A stretch of DNA of 30,507 nucleotides from a virus. Lineage: Duplodnaviria; Caudoviricetes. Made by a program: the position numbers and the translations under genes. Shown in pieces: positions 1-8,217 of the stretch. The stretch's first letter is position 1. Each line of letters begins with the position of its first letter. The notes under the pieces were generated by a model. It saw only the letters and a program-made list of their open reading frames with translations. It was not told where the DNA came from and made no database searches. The stretch covers positions 1 to 30,507 of the IMG/VR virus record IMGVR_UViG_3300013137_000072; one strand, written 5' to 3'.

Positions 1-2
1 AT

Positions 3-686
3 CAGAAACTTGGTGCAGTAAGTTGGTATGAGAGTTACTCTAGAAGTAAGGGGCATTATTTTTCATACAGGATCTACTCTAAAAAGATTAGGAAAGAGCG
101 GGGAGATGCCCATATAAAAATGACGGGCAGCCTAAAGTCTGCGCTAAAGATTGCGGGGGAGGTATTTGTCAAAGATGCCCCGAATGTCTTGGTAGAAAAG
201 TTTTATGAGGCGATTAGGTCAGAGATGAGCGGTCTGGTCTACCATGCATCAAACGACATGCAGCATCGGTGCAAACCTTTTTTACAAACTGCGTTTGACT
301 ATACAGTTAGCGTAATAAAAGGAAGCCCCATACCCATAGATACAAAACTTTTGCAAGAGGTAACAAGCCCAAGATTTGAGGAAATGCAAAACACTTGCCG
401 AATCGTGGAGTTGGTGGGCGAGAACTTAAAATCTCGGGATGGTGTAATTGTCTATGTTGATAGGGAAGAGAAACTAACCGTGGTGGATTTGCAGGCACAT
501 ACGATTAGTAAGTTGGAGTCTACCTATGACTTACCTAAGAACTACCAAGAAAAGTTTACTATCTTGAAAGTCATGGAGGACAACCAACCAGTCGAAGGGA
601 CAGGCATTAAGATGAAGGTATCCGTTAACGATATGAAGTTACAACTTTTCTACCTTGTCTCAGGGGATGTCATCATCACTCACTAG
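3..686 (+). CDS. Hypothetical phage protein, 5'-truncated
   Basis: The frame of the 120..686 ORF stays open back to position 3 (QKLGAVSWYESYSRSKGHYF...), so the true start probably lies upstream of the window. Followed by a terminator. No recognisable motif. Confidence 0.7.
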   Translation, partial: QKLGAVSWYESYSRSKGHYFSYRIYSKKIRKERGDAHIKMTGSLKSALKIAGEVFVKDAPNVLVEKFYEAIRSEMSGLVYHASNDMQHRCKPFLQTAFDYTVSVIKGSPIPIDTKLLQEVTSPRFEEMQNTCRIVELVGENLKSRDGVIVYVDREEKLTVVDLQAHTISKLESTYDLPKNYQEKFTILKVMEDNQPVEGTGIKMKVSVNDMKLQLFYLVSGDVIITH

Positions 687-713
687 CAATCTAGTAGTTT
701 AGTCTTATCTAGC

Positions 714-749
714 AGGACAATCTGACCAAGCGTCAGGTTGTCCTTTTTT
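714..749 (+). terminator. Rho-independent terminator
   Basis: Stem AGGACAATCTGAC / GTCAGGTTGTCCT (one G-U pair), loop CAAGC, followed by a T run; starts 28 nt after the stop at 686. Confidence 0.85.
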
Positions 750-772
750 ATTGGTATTTTTACCTAGTCCCC

Positions 773-801
773 TTGCTTTTGCTTTTCCCTTGGTGTAATC
801 T
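773..801 (+). promoter_or_regulatory. Putative sigma70 promoter of the polymerase operon
   Basis: TTGCTT (773-778), 17 bp spacer, TAATCT (796-801), between a terminator and the first gene of a tightly coupled operon. Confidence 0.5.
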
Positions 802-838
802 TGCGTTAAGTATCTCCGAAGTGAGATAAGAATCTAAT

Positions 839-848
839 ACCAAGAGGA
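839..848 (+). promoter_or_regulatory. RBS ACCAAGAGGA (copy 1), putative sRNA target
   Basis: 7 nt upstream of ATG 856; identical to 7813-7822; exact reverse complement of 12457-12466. Confidence 0.65.
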
Positions 849-855
849 TATAGTT

Positions 856-1179
856 ATGGGGTTTACACCCGAAGGCAAGGTCAAGGCGCGAATCCGTCGC
901 ATCTTGGAAATCAATAAAGTCTATCACTTCATGCCCGCAACGGGCGGTTATGGTCGAAGTGGCGTTCCCGACATCATTGGCTGCTACCGAGGTTACTTCT
1001 TTGCTATCGAGTGCAAGGCGGGGAACAAGCGCCCTACTGCGTTACAGGAAAAAGAACTCCAGCGGGTTCGTGACTCGGGCGGTCAGGTTTTTGTCATCAA
1101 CGAAGAGAATATAAAAGACGTCGAGATTTGGCTAAATATGATGACCGTTCCTGAGAAAAGGATGGGTAGCGATGCGTGA
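856..1179 (+). CDS. VRR-NUC domain nuclease (Holliday-junction resolvase-like, PD-(D/E)XK)
   Basis: Motifs PEGKV, GVPDIIGC, FFAIECKAG, PTALQ, typical of stand-alone phage VRR-NUC proteins. Confidence 0.85.
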   Translation: MGFTPEGKVKARIRRILEINKVYHFMPATGGYGRSGVPDIIGCYRGYFFAIECKAGNKRPTALQEKELQRVRDSGGQVFVINEENIKDVEIWLNMMTVPEKRMGSDA

Positions 1180-1504
1180 TAGGTTTGTTAGCCCACAGGT
1201 GCGCATATTGCTTGAGCGCATGGATTTGTATCCTGATGAGTTTGTGCGTCCGTTTGAGTCACGCCATTTAGAAACTAAATGGAACGATATATTACACGAG
1301 GGTCGTTTTAATCTAATTGAGAAGTTTTTTATTAAGCGTAAATACGTTAGGCTAAAGCGTCAGGCTACGCGAGACGCCATCATGGCTACTATTATGTACA
1401 ACGAAAAAGAGGATCTTGAGGAGTTACCGCGCAGAAGATGGACAATGAAAGCGATACAAGATGCAATGATGAATAACCCACGCATGAAAATGAAACAAAA
1501 ATGA
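1172..1504 (+). CDS. Hypothetical protein
   Basis: 110-aa ORF overlapping both neighbours (ATGA coupling with polymerase). Confidence 0.7.
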   Translation: MRDRFVSPQVRILLERMDLYPDEFVRPFESRHLETKWNDILHEGRFNLIEKFFIKRKYVRLKRQATRDAIMATIMYNEKEDLEELPRRRWTMKAIQDAMMNNPRMKMKQK

Positions 1505-3330
1505 TCATCACAGTAGACTTTGAGACATACTACGACAGAGAGTTTTCGCTCTCAAAGATGACCACAGAGGAGTATGTGCGTGACGACAACTTTGAAGTCA
1601 TAGGGGTTGGCGTAAAAGTTGACGATGCCGAGGCAGAATGGTTTAGTGGTACATACTCTGAGACCATGCATTTCCTAGGTAAGTTTAAGTGGTCTGAGGC
1701 GTTTGTCTTGGCGCATAACACTATGTTCGATGGTGCGATCCTTACTTGGAAGTTTGGTATAAAACCTATGGCATGGCTAGACACCTTGTGCATGGCTAGG
1801 GCAATTGACAACGAAGTATCAAACAGCCTTGCAAAACTTGCAGATCGTCTCGGGGTAGGCCAAAAGGGCAACGAGGTCATCATGGCTATGGGCAAACGAC
1901 GAGTAAACTTCACCCCCGAAGAACTAGCGCAGTACGGCAAATATTGCTGCAATGACGTAGACCTTTGCTACAACATTTACAACATCCTGAAGCAGAACTA
2001 CAAACTTAAGGAGCTTAAATTAATTGATCTAACTTTAAAGATGTTTACTGATCCCGTATTACAGTTAAACCTACCCCTGCTTGAACAACACTTGGGGGAA
2101 GTTAAACACCGCAAAGAAGTACTGATTGAGAAGGCGATGTCTGACCGCGAGACATTGATGAGCAATCAAAAGTTTGCTATGAAACTAGCGGCCTTGGGCG
2201 TGCGCCCCCCGACTAAAATTAGTCTTACCACAGGCAAAGTGGCGTTGGCATTAGCCAAGAGTGACAACGGTTTTAAAGACCTAGCAGAGCACCCAAACGA
2301 AGAAGTACAGGCGTTAGTGGCTGCTCGACTTGGGGCAAAGAGCACTTTGGAAGAGACAAGGACAGAACGATTTATTTCAATAGCGAAGCGCGGGAGCCTC
2401 CCTGTCCCCCTACGATACTACGCTGCGCACACAGGCAGATGGGGTGGAGACGACAAAGTTAATCTTCAGAACCTACCGAGGAAATCCAAACTCAAAGATG
2501 CCATTATCCCGCCCGAAGGCTATGTGCTAATCGATGCCGACTCCTCTCAGATTGAGGCACGGACTGTTGCTTGGTTAGCAGGGCAGACTGATTTGGTAGA
2601 TGCATTTGAAAACGGCGAAGACGTTTACAGAATCATGGCATCTAGGATTTATCACAGACCAATTGACAAGATCACCACCGCAGAGCGCTTTGTGGGTAAG
2701 ACGACCATCTTGGGTGCAGGGTACGGCATGGGGTGGAAAAAGTTTCAGGCACAGTTAAAGACTTTTGGCGTTGAGATGACTGACCCACTCTGTAAACACA
2801 TTGTTGAAACTTATCGGGGGGTGTACCCAAGAATACCGGACTTGTGGTCACAGGCTGATAGTTGCTTAGATGCCTTGGCTAGTGAAGATCTAAAGACCGC
2901 TAATTTTGGTATGCAACCACAGGCAGTAAGTTTGCTTCCTGGAGTTGGGTTTGATCTACCAAGCGGACTACCTTTAAAGTACATGAACTTGCGCTCAACC
3001 GAAGAGCAAAATCCCAAGAGTGGGGTATGGGAAAAACACTACATATACAACACTCGCAAGGGTACAACCAAGATTTATGGCGGTAAAGTGGTGGAGAACA
3101 TCTGCCAAGCCGTAGCTCGTTGCGTAATCGGCGAACAAATGCTGCGGATATCTAAAAAATATCGAGTTGTTCTAACAGTACATGATGCAATTGCGTGTAT
3201 TGTTAAAAAAGAAGAAGTAGATGAAGCAACAGAATACATTACCGAATGTATGAAGTGGCGACCAAAATGGGCAGAGACTTTGCCTTTATCGTGCGAAATT
3301 GGACATGGAGATAGTTATGGTGAATGTTAG
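1501..3330 (+). CDS. polA: Family A DNA polymerase with 3'-5' exonuclease domain
   Basis: Exo motifs DFETYY, AHNTMFD, YCCND; HTGRW..NLQNLP; motif A DSSQIEAR; motif B RFVGKTTILGAGYG; motif C VHDA. Confidence 0.95.
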   Translation: MIITVDFETYYDREFSLSKMTTEEYVRDDNFEVIGVGVKVDDAEAEWFSGTYSETMHFLGKFKWSEAFVLAHNTMFDGAILTWKFGIKPMAWLDTLCMARAIDNEVSNSLAKLADRLGVGQKGNEVIMAMGKRRVNFTPEELAQYGKYCCNDVDLCYNIYNILKQNYKLKELKLIDLTLKMFTDPVLQLNLPLLEQHLGEVKHRKEVLIEKAMSDRETLMSNQKFAMKLAALGVRPPTKISLTTGKVALALAKSDNGFKDLAEHPNEEVQALVAARLGAKSTLEETRTERFISIAKRGSLPVPLRYYAAHTGRWGGDDKVNLQNLPRKSKLKDAIIPPEGYVLIDADSSQIEARTVAWLAGQTDLVDAFENGEDVYRIMASRIYHRPIDKITTAERFVGKTTILGAGYGMGWKKFQAQLKTFGVEMTDPLCKHIVETYRGVYPRIPDLWSQADSCLDALASEDLKTANFGMQPQAVSLLPGVGFDLPSGLPLKYMNLRSTEEQNPKSGVWEKHYIYNTRKGTTKIYGGKVVENICQAVARCVIGEQMLRISKKYRVVLTVHDAIACIVKKEEVDEATEYITECMKWRPKWAETLPLSCEIGHGDSYGEC

Positions 3331-3376
3331 GGGTGTGCAAGCATATAACAATGTAGCGTCATTACAGGGTGCAACA

Positions 3377-3556
3377 ATGAAAATAGACACAGGATTAAAT
3401 TACACGGCTCACGAATTGAAAGTAAAAGAGTTACTAAAAGAAGTCCACGTACATTTACTTGAAAACGACCATGTAGCAGCAGCATCCACAATCGAGCAAG
3501 CAATCGTTGAATTGCGACTAATGAGGGCGGCTGTAAAAAGCCATGTCAAAGAATGA
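3377..3556 (+). CDS. Small hypothetical protein (about 59 aa)
   Basis: ORF 3299..3556; ATG 3377 avoids overlap with polA and gives a helical protein coupled by ATGA to the next gene. Start uncertain. Confidence 0.6.
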   Translation: MKIDTGLNYTAHELKVKELLKEVHVHLLENDHVAAASTIEQAIVELRLMRAAVKSHVKE

Positions 3557-4224
3557 AATACACTTGGTCATACAGCAGCATCTCGCTGTTTCAGCAGTGC
3601 CCCCGCAAGTATTATCGGATGCGGATTGTTAAGGATATTGTTGAACCGCCGACTCCACATCTTGACTATGGCTCAGAGGTTCACAAAGCAGCCGAAGATT
3701 ATGTGTGTGGGGACAAGTCACTAGACCCTAAGTACGCTTTTATAAAGCCAACGCTAGATGCACTTAAAGCGTTACCCGGCATGAAGTTATGTGAGTACGA
3801 GATGGGGCTAACTAAAGACTTTGAGGCGGTTGGGTTTAGAGACGAAAATGTGTGGTTCAGAGGTATTGCCGATCTACTAATTATCGACGGCGATCATGCA
3901 CACCTTGTGGACTACAAGACTGGTAAGTCATCTCAGTATGCTGATACTAAACAATTAGAACTGCTGGCGCTATTAGTATTCAAACACTTTCCCTATGTTC
4001 AGTCTATAAAAGCAGGGTTGGTATTTGTTGTAGCCCAAGACTTAGTCAAAGCCTCATTTGTAAACGATATACAAAAAGATGCGTGGAGCCGGTGGTTGCC
4101 TGAGATCCAAAGGCTTGAAGCCGCGATGACAAATGACGTATGGAATGCAAGACCGAATTTTACATGCAGAAAGTTTTGCCACGTAAAAGATTGTGAGCAC
4201 AATGGAAAAGGACAATGGAGATGA
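3553..4224 (+). CDS. Cas4/RecB-like PD-(D/E)XK exonuclease, probable Fe-S ligands
   Basis: WSYSSI..QCP, GSEVH, GIADL...VDYKTG, QLELLA and C-terminal CRKFCHVKDC (1+3 Cys arrangement of Cas4/AddB-like nucleases). Confidence 0.85.
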   Translation: MKYTWSYSSISLFQQCPRKYYRMRIVKDIVEPPTPHLDYGSEVHKAAEDYVCGDKSLDPKYAFIKPTLDALKALPGMKLCEYEMGLTKDFEAVGFRDENVWFRGIADLLIIDGDHAHLVDYKTGKSSQYADTKQLELLALLVFKHFPYVQSIKAGLVFVVAQDLVKASFVNDIQKDAWSRWLPEIQRLEAAMTNDVWNARPNFTCRKFCHVKDCEHNGKGQWR

Positions 4225-4379
4225 CAGCCAAGAAAGTTGAAGAAGTTACTTTCCCTTTAAATGATGTACCTTATGAAATGATTAAATTAGCGTGGCCTTT
4301 TAAGACTGCAAAAGAACACAAACTAATTCTTAAATGGGCTAAAAAACAAACCAAGATAAGGAGAATTGTATTTCCATGA
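4221..4379 (+). CDS. 52-aa hypothetical protein (WPFKT motif), absent from the ORF track
   Basis: MTAKKVEEVTFPLNDVPYEMIKLAWPFKTAKEHKLILKWAKKQTKIRRIVFP; ATGA overlaps at both ends fill the gap exactly. Confidence 0.75.
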   Translation: MTAKKVEEVTFPLNDVPYEMIKLAWPFKTAKEHKLILKWAKKQTKIRRIVFP

Positions 4380-4585
4380 GTGCAAATGATGAACAGGTTG
4401 GTGGTACGCATTACAAAAGCAAGTCTATTCAGCCTTGGGACTACATAGCCGCAAATAATATTGGGTACTTTGAGGGCAACATCATTAAGTACGTTTCTCG
4501 GTGGCAAAGCAAGGGTGGCGTCGATGACTTAAATAAAGCCGCGCACTACCTTGAAAAATTAATTGAGTTGCAAAAGGAGCAATAG
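4376..4585 (+). CDS. DUF3310 family protein (T7 gp1.7 nucleotide-kinase-related)
   Basis: QVGGTHY..IQPWDYI...GNIIKYVSR...KGG.DDL.KA.HYL signature. Confidence 0.85.
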   Translation: MSANDEQVGGTHYKSKSIQPWDYIAANNIGYFEGNIIKYVSRWQSKGGVDDLNKAAHYLEKLIELQKEQ

Positions 4586-4586
4586 C

Positions 4587-4979
4587 ATGTCATACGAACT
4601 AGACTACAGGGCACAGGGTACAGCCAATCGTAGGTTGCTATCTGCAGTTGTGGCTTTAGCAATTCAAGATGCGCAATCAAAACCTCGCAGAATGGGGAGA
4701 TTACGCATACCCACAGATGAAGCAATTTCTGCAATCTATTTTTTGTTTCAGCATTCCAATACTTATTTGAGCATTTTAGACATAGATCCTCAGCAGTTTC
4801 GTGAAAGACTATTAAAGTTGATGTTTGACATGAATAAAAAAGTCTCTCAGTTTGAACCAATTAAGCGTCGAAACTTTAGATACAACTACGAATGGATGCG
4901 GCGTAAAGAAAACATACTAGACCTAACCAAGGCTTATGAAGCAGAACTTGAAAAACTAGATGAGGATGAGGCTGTATGA
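4587..4979 (+). CDS. Hypothetical phage protein (130 aa)
   Basis: ATG 4587 with AGGAG at 4575-4579; helical LLSAVVALAIQD segment. Confidence 0.75.
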   Translation: MSYELDYRAQGTANRRLLSAVVALAIQDAQSKPRRMGRLRIPTDEAISAIYFLFQHSNTYLSILDIDPQQFRERLLKLMFDMNKKVSQFEPIKRRNFRYNYEWMRRKENILDLTKAYEAELEKLDEDEAV

Positions 4980-5158
4980 CTACTCAAACTTGTGCACCCC
5001 GGCACCCGTCAGGTCTGACATGGGAGAGATGGAATTGGCCTTTTAAGACACCGCAAGAACGGCAACTCGTAGCAAAGTATTTTAACCGAGTAAAAAAGAT
5101 AACCGACAAAGAGGAAAGACAAAAGATGCTAAACGAAATAGGAGAGGCTTTGCTATGA
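4976..5158 (+). CDS. 60-aa hypothetical protein (WPFKT motif)
   Basis: ATGA coupling on both sides; shares WPFKT..E..L motif with 4221..4379. Confidence 0.7.
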   Translation: MTTQTCAPRHPSGLTWERWNWPFKTPQERQLVAKYFNRVKKITDKEERQKMLNEIGEALL

Positions 5159-5550
5159 AAAAACCGCCCGTCAAGTCTTACTGCGGGGGCAAGCCTAACT
5201 ACTGCACCCCAGAAGAAACCCCTCATGTCGATGCCGTAAACATACCGCAAGAACATGTTGATGAAACGGCAAAACGTGGACATGAGCCTGTGGCGTGGAT
5301 GCACCTAGAAAATGGGGAAGTTACAGATTTTTTTGATAAAGACTACAAAGAAGAATGCGAAGAATGTGAGCACTGCGTACCACTTTACACCGCACCACCA
5401 AAGCGTGAATGGCAAGAACTAAATGTAAACGAAGTAATTGAAGTAATTAGCGAAAACATAACTGACCCAAGTCCCGAGTTACTACAAGAACTTTATGGTT
5501 TGGTAGCAAGTGTAGATATATGGTTACAGGAGAAGAACAGTGGCAATTGA
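5155..5550 (+). CDS. Phage accessory protein with EPVAW...PLYTAP...EW motifs
   Basis: HEPVAWMH and PLYTAPPKREW resemble hallmark motifs of modular Eaa/DUF551-associated phage accessory proteins; AGGAG at 5140. Confidence 0.7.
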   Translation: MKKPPVKSYCGGKPNYCTPEETPHVDAVNIPQEHVDETAKRGHEPVAWMHLENGEVTDFFDKDYKEECEECEHCVPLYTAPPKREWQELNVNEVIEVISENITDPSPELLQELYGLVASVDIWLQEKNSGN

Positions 5551-5746
5551 GATGACTGACTTTGAGGAGAAGGTGTGGAAGTATCTACTCTCTCACCCTA
5601 AAACCCCCGTTCAAGCAAAGACGATTGCAAAAGAGTGGATCGTAAGTAAACATAAGATAGCCCGAACCCTAAACAGGTTTGTCGAGAACGGGATTGCCGA
5701 CATAGTGCGTATCGGCGCCAAGAAATTTTATAAGGTGAAAGAATGA
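5540..5746 (+). CDS. Winged helix-turn-helix protein
   Basis: GTG start with AGGAG at 5528; pattern AKTIAKEWIVSKHKIARTLNRFVENG followed by beta-wing IVRIGAKKFYKV. Confidence 0.7.
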   Translation: MAIEMTDFEEKVWKYLLSHPKTPVQAKTIAKEWIVSKHKIARTLNRFVENGIADIVRIGAKKFYKVKE

Positions 5747-5922
5747 GCCTTTACAAACGCATGTTGTTGGACGACACCAGAAAACTTGAAGTCGAGATCG
5801 AACGCCTAAAGAAAGAAGTCGAGCATTGGAAACAGGCGTACCACAGGGTCAAAACCGAGAACGAGCGGCTGTCCCTTGACTTAGGTATCAAAGATAATCC
5901 ACAATTTGGGAAACCTTACTAG
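5743..5922 (+). CDS. 59-aa coiled-coil protein, absent from the ORF track
   Basis: MSLYKRMLLDDTRKLEVEIERLKKEVEHWKQAYHRVKTENERLSLDLGIKDNPQFGKPY; ATGA overlap with the upstream stop; its stop overlaps the next RBS. Confidence 0.75.
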   Translation: MSLYKRMLLDDTRKLEVEIERLKKEVEHWKQAYHRVKTENERLSLDLGIKDNPQFGKPY

Positions 5923-5931
5923 GAGACTATC

Positions 5932-6240
5932 ATGCCTTATGCAAACAAAGCTGACCGCAACTATAAGCAAGAATATGAGAATTATGACGGTACTGAAATA
6001 GTCAAGAAAAAGCGTGCCGAGCGTAACCGAGCACGGCGAATCATGGAAAAGGCTGGCAAAGTTAGCAAGGGAGATGGTAAAGACGTACACCACGTTAAGG
6101 CTCTATCCAAAGGTGGTTCGCATAAAGACGGTTTAAAAGTCACATCAGCGGCCAGTAATCGTTCGTTTGATCGTGACTCCAAACAGAAGTTAATTTCAGA
6201 AGTTAGCCCACGGGAAAAGAAGCGTGCAAATAATAAATGA
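5932..6240 (+). CDS. HNH endonuclease-like protein
   Basis: Basic helix then GKDVHHVKALSKGG...SNRS; AGGAG at 5921. Confidence 0.75.
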   Translation: MPYANKADRNYKQEYENYDGTEIVKKKRAERNRARRIMEKAGKVSKGDGKDVHHVKALSKGGSHKDGLKVTSAASNRSFDRDSKQKLISEVSPREKKRANNK

Positions 6241-7777
6241 CCGGATACTGCTAGTTAAGACTAAGTTTCCTAGCCGTATTACAGAAACAATCAAGAAGAG
6301 TAAAGTTGTACAAAAAGAAGGGGAAGTTAGTGAGGTAGCCGTCAACTGGGGGCTGTCTGAAGCCCAAGCTTTGCGTAAGTTACGGATTAAAAAAGTACCG
6401 TCCCCAATTCAGCGTGACTACGATTGGCCGGGGCTACATAAGCCAATGGAGCATCAAAAAGACACAGCGTCGTTTCTGACCCTACACAAACGGGCGTTCT
6501 GCTTTAACGAGCAGGGTACTGGCAAAACAGCCTCTGCCATATGGGCTTCTGATTACCTGATGAACGCAAAGATTATTCGTCGGGTGCTAGTTATCTGTCC
6601 CCTATCTATTATGCAGTCCGCATGGCAGGCAGACCTATTTAAGTTTGCAATCCATAGGCACGTAGACGTTGCTCATGGGGCTAAACAAAAAAGAGCCGAA
6701 ATCATCAACGGCGGGGCAGATTACGTCATTATTAATTTCGATGGGGTAGAGATTGTAAAAGACGATATCAAGAACGGGAAGTTTGACCTAATTATTATTG
6801 ACGAGGCAAATGCCTATAAAAGTTCCCGCACTCAGCGCTTCAAGGTAATGAAAGACATTATCGAACCGACCACATGGTTATGGATGATGACCGGCACCCC
6901 TGCTGCGCAGTCTCCGCTTGATGCTTATGGGCTTGTCAAACTGTGCATACCCGAAAGAGCGCCGATGACTTTGGGTGGGTTTAGAGATACTGTTATGTAT
7001 CAACTGACTAGATTCAAGTGGATACCAAAGCCGAAAGCAAACGAAGTCGTGCATGATCTATTGCAGCCAGCCATTCGGTATACAAAGGAAGAATGCCTTG
7101 ACTTGCCAGAAATGCTTTACACATCTCGGTATGTCCCCATGACCCCGCAGCAAGAGAAATACTACCGGCAACTAAAGAAAGATATGCTTATTGCCGCTGC
7201 TGGAGAAGAGGTGTCGGCTGTCAACGCTGCCTCAAGCCTGACTAAATTACTACAGATTTCAGGCGGTGCGGTCTACACCGACAACGGCAACGTAATTGAA
7301 TTCGATGTATCAAGCCGTCTCAAGGTAATTCAAGAAGTAGTTGAAGAAGCCTCGCATAAGGTATTGATTTTTGTACCTTTTACTCACACTATTAATCTAC
7401 TAAAAGACTACCTTACCAAACAAGGTATAGAGTCAGAGATTATTAACGGCTCTGTAAGTGTCAATAAACGCACAGACATCTTTAAGCGCTTTCAGGAAAA
7501 CCCTAACCCCAAAGTTTTACTAATACAGCCACAAGCTGCCGCACATGGAGTAACATTGACTGCTGCAAACGTTGTTATATGGTATGCCCCAGTGACATCT
7601 ATTGAGACATACTTGCAGGCTAACTCGCGTGCACACAGGCAAGGGCAAAAGAATCCTGTAACTGTGGTACATATTGAAGGTAGTCCTGTAGAAACAAAGT
7701 TGTATGCGATGTTGCAGAGCAAACTAGATTTCCACACTAAGATAATTGATTTGTACAAAAAAGAATTAGATACTTGA
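6224..7777 (+). CDS. SNF2-family (SF2) helicase
   Basis: Motif I EQGTGKT, Ia VICPLS, II IIIDEAN, III MTGTP, V HGVTLT, VI QANSRAHRQGQ; GTG start. Confidence 0.9.
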   Translation: MQIINDRILLVKTKFPSRITETIKKSKVVQKEGEVSEVAVNWGLSEAQALRKLRIKKVPSPIQRDYDWPGLHKPMEHQKDTASFLTLHKRAFCFNEQGTGKTASAIWASDYLMNAKIIRRVLVICPLSIMQSAWQADLFKFAIHRHVDVAHGAKQKRAEIINGGADYVIINFDGVEIVKDDIKNGKFDLIIIDEANAYKSSRTQRFKVMKDIIEPTTWLWMMTGTPAAQSPLDAYGLVKLCIPERAPMTLGGFRDTVMYQLTRFKWIPKPKANEVVHDLLQPAIRYTKEECLDLPEMLYTSRYVPMTPQQEKYYRQLKKDMLIAAAGEEVSAVNAASSLTKLLQISGGAVYTDNGNVIEFDVSSRLKVIQEVVEEASHKVLIFVPFTHTINLLKDYLTKQGIESEIINGSVSVNKRTDIFKRFQENPNPKVLLIQPQAAAHGVTLTAANVVIWYAPVTSIETYLQANSRAHRQGQKNPVTVVHIEGSPVETKLYAMLQSKLDFHTKIIDLYKKELDT

Positions 7778-7801
7778 CAAAGTACAGTTTTTAGATACAA
7801 T
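7774..7801 (+). promoter_or_regulatory. Sigma70-type promoter
   Basis: TTGACA (7774-7779), 16 bp spacer, TACAAT (7796-7801), immediately before an RBS and operon start. Confidence 0.75.
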
Positions 7802-7812
7802 AGTAAAAAACA

Positions 7813-7822
7813 ACCAAGAGGA
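7813..7822 (+). promoter_or_regulatory. RBS ACCAAGAGGA (copy 2), putative sRNA target
   Basis: 5 nt upstream of ATG 7828; identical to 839-848; exact complement of 12457-12466. Confidence 0.65.
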
Positions 7823-7827
7823 CATAT

Positions 7828-8217
7828 ATGGATAAAGCCATAGATAAAATCGTCGCCGTCTACATCAAAATTCGTAACGCTAAAGAAGATTTAACCCGCG
7901 AGTACGATGGTAAAATTGCGACCCTTGATGAGCAGATGCGGACTCTTAAAGAAGAGTTGCTAAAGATATCCAAGGAAACTGGCGTCACAAGTTTCAAAAC
8001 CGAGAATGGTACAGCCTACCGAACAATTAAGAATCGGTACTGGACTAATGATTGGGAAAGTTTCTACGGCTTCATGCGTGAACATGGTGCTATGGAGTTG
8101 TTGGAAAAGCGCATACATCAAACAAATATGCGTGAGTTTTTAGAGGATCGACCCGATGTGCATCCACCGGGATTAAATGTGGATCAAGAGTATGAAATCA
8201 CCATTAGGAGAAAATAA
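7828..8217 (+). CDS. Phage replication-module protein (coiled coil plus small beta domain)
   Basis: Strong RBS; N-terminal coiled coil and SFKTENGTAY...DWESFY..LLEKRI; sits before the SSB-like gene. Function not assignable. Confidence 0.75.
   Translation: MDKAIDKIVAVYIKIRNAKEDLTREYDGKIATLDEQMRTLKEELLKISKETGVTSFKTENGTAYRTIKNRYWTNDWESFYGFMREHGAMELLEKRIHQTNMREFLEDRPDVHPPGLNVDQEYEITIRRK

Noticed and set aside
1501-3330. DpoZ (2-aminoadenine) polymerase
   Set aside because: No purZ, datZ or mazZ in the window and no diagnostic I can read by eye.
3553-4224. Cas4 as evidence of a CRISPR-Cas system
   Set aside because: No array or other cas genes; solo Cas4-like exonucleases are routine in phage replication modules.
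5932-6240. HNH as an intron- or intein-associated mobile element
   Set aside because: Free-standing gene with its own RBS; neighbouring genes are uninterrupted.
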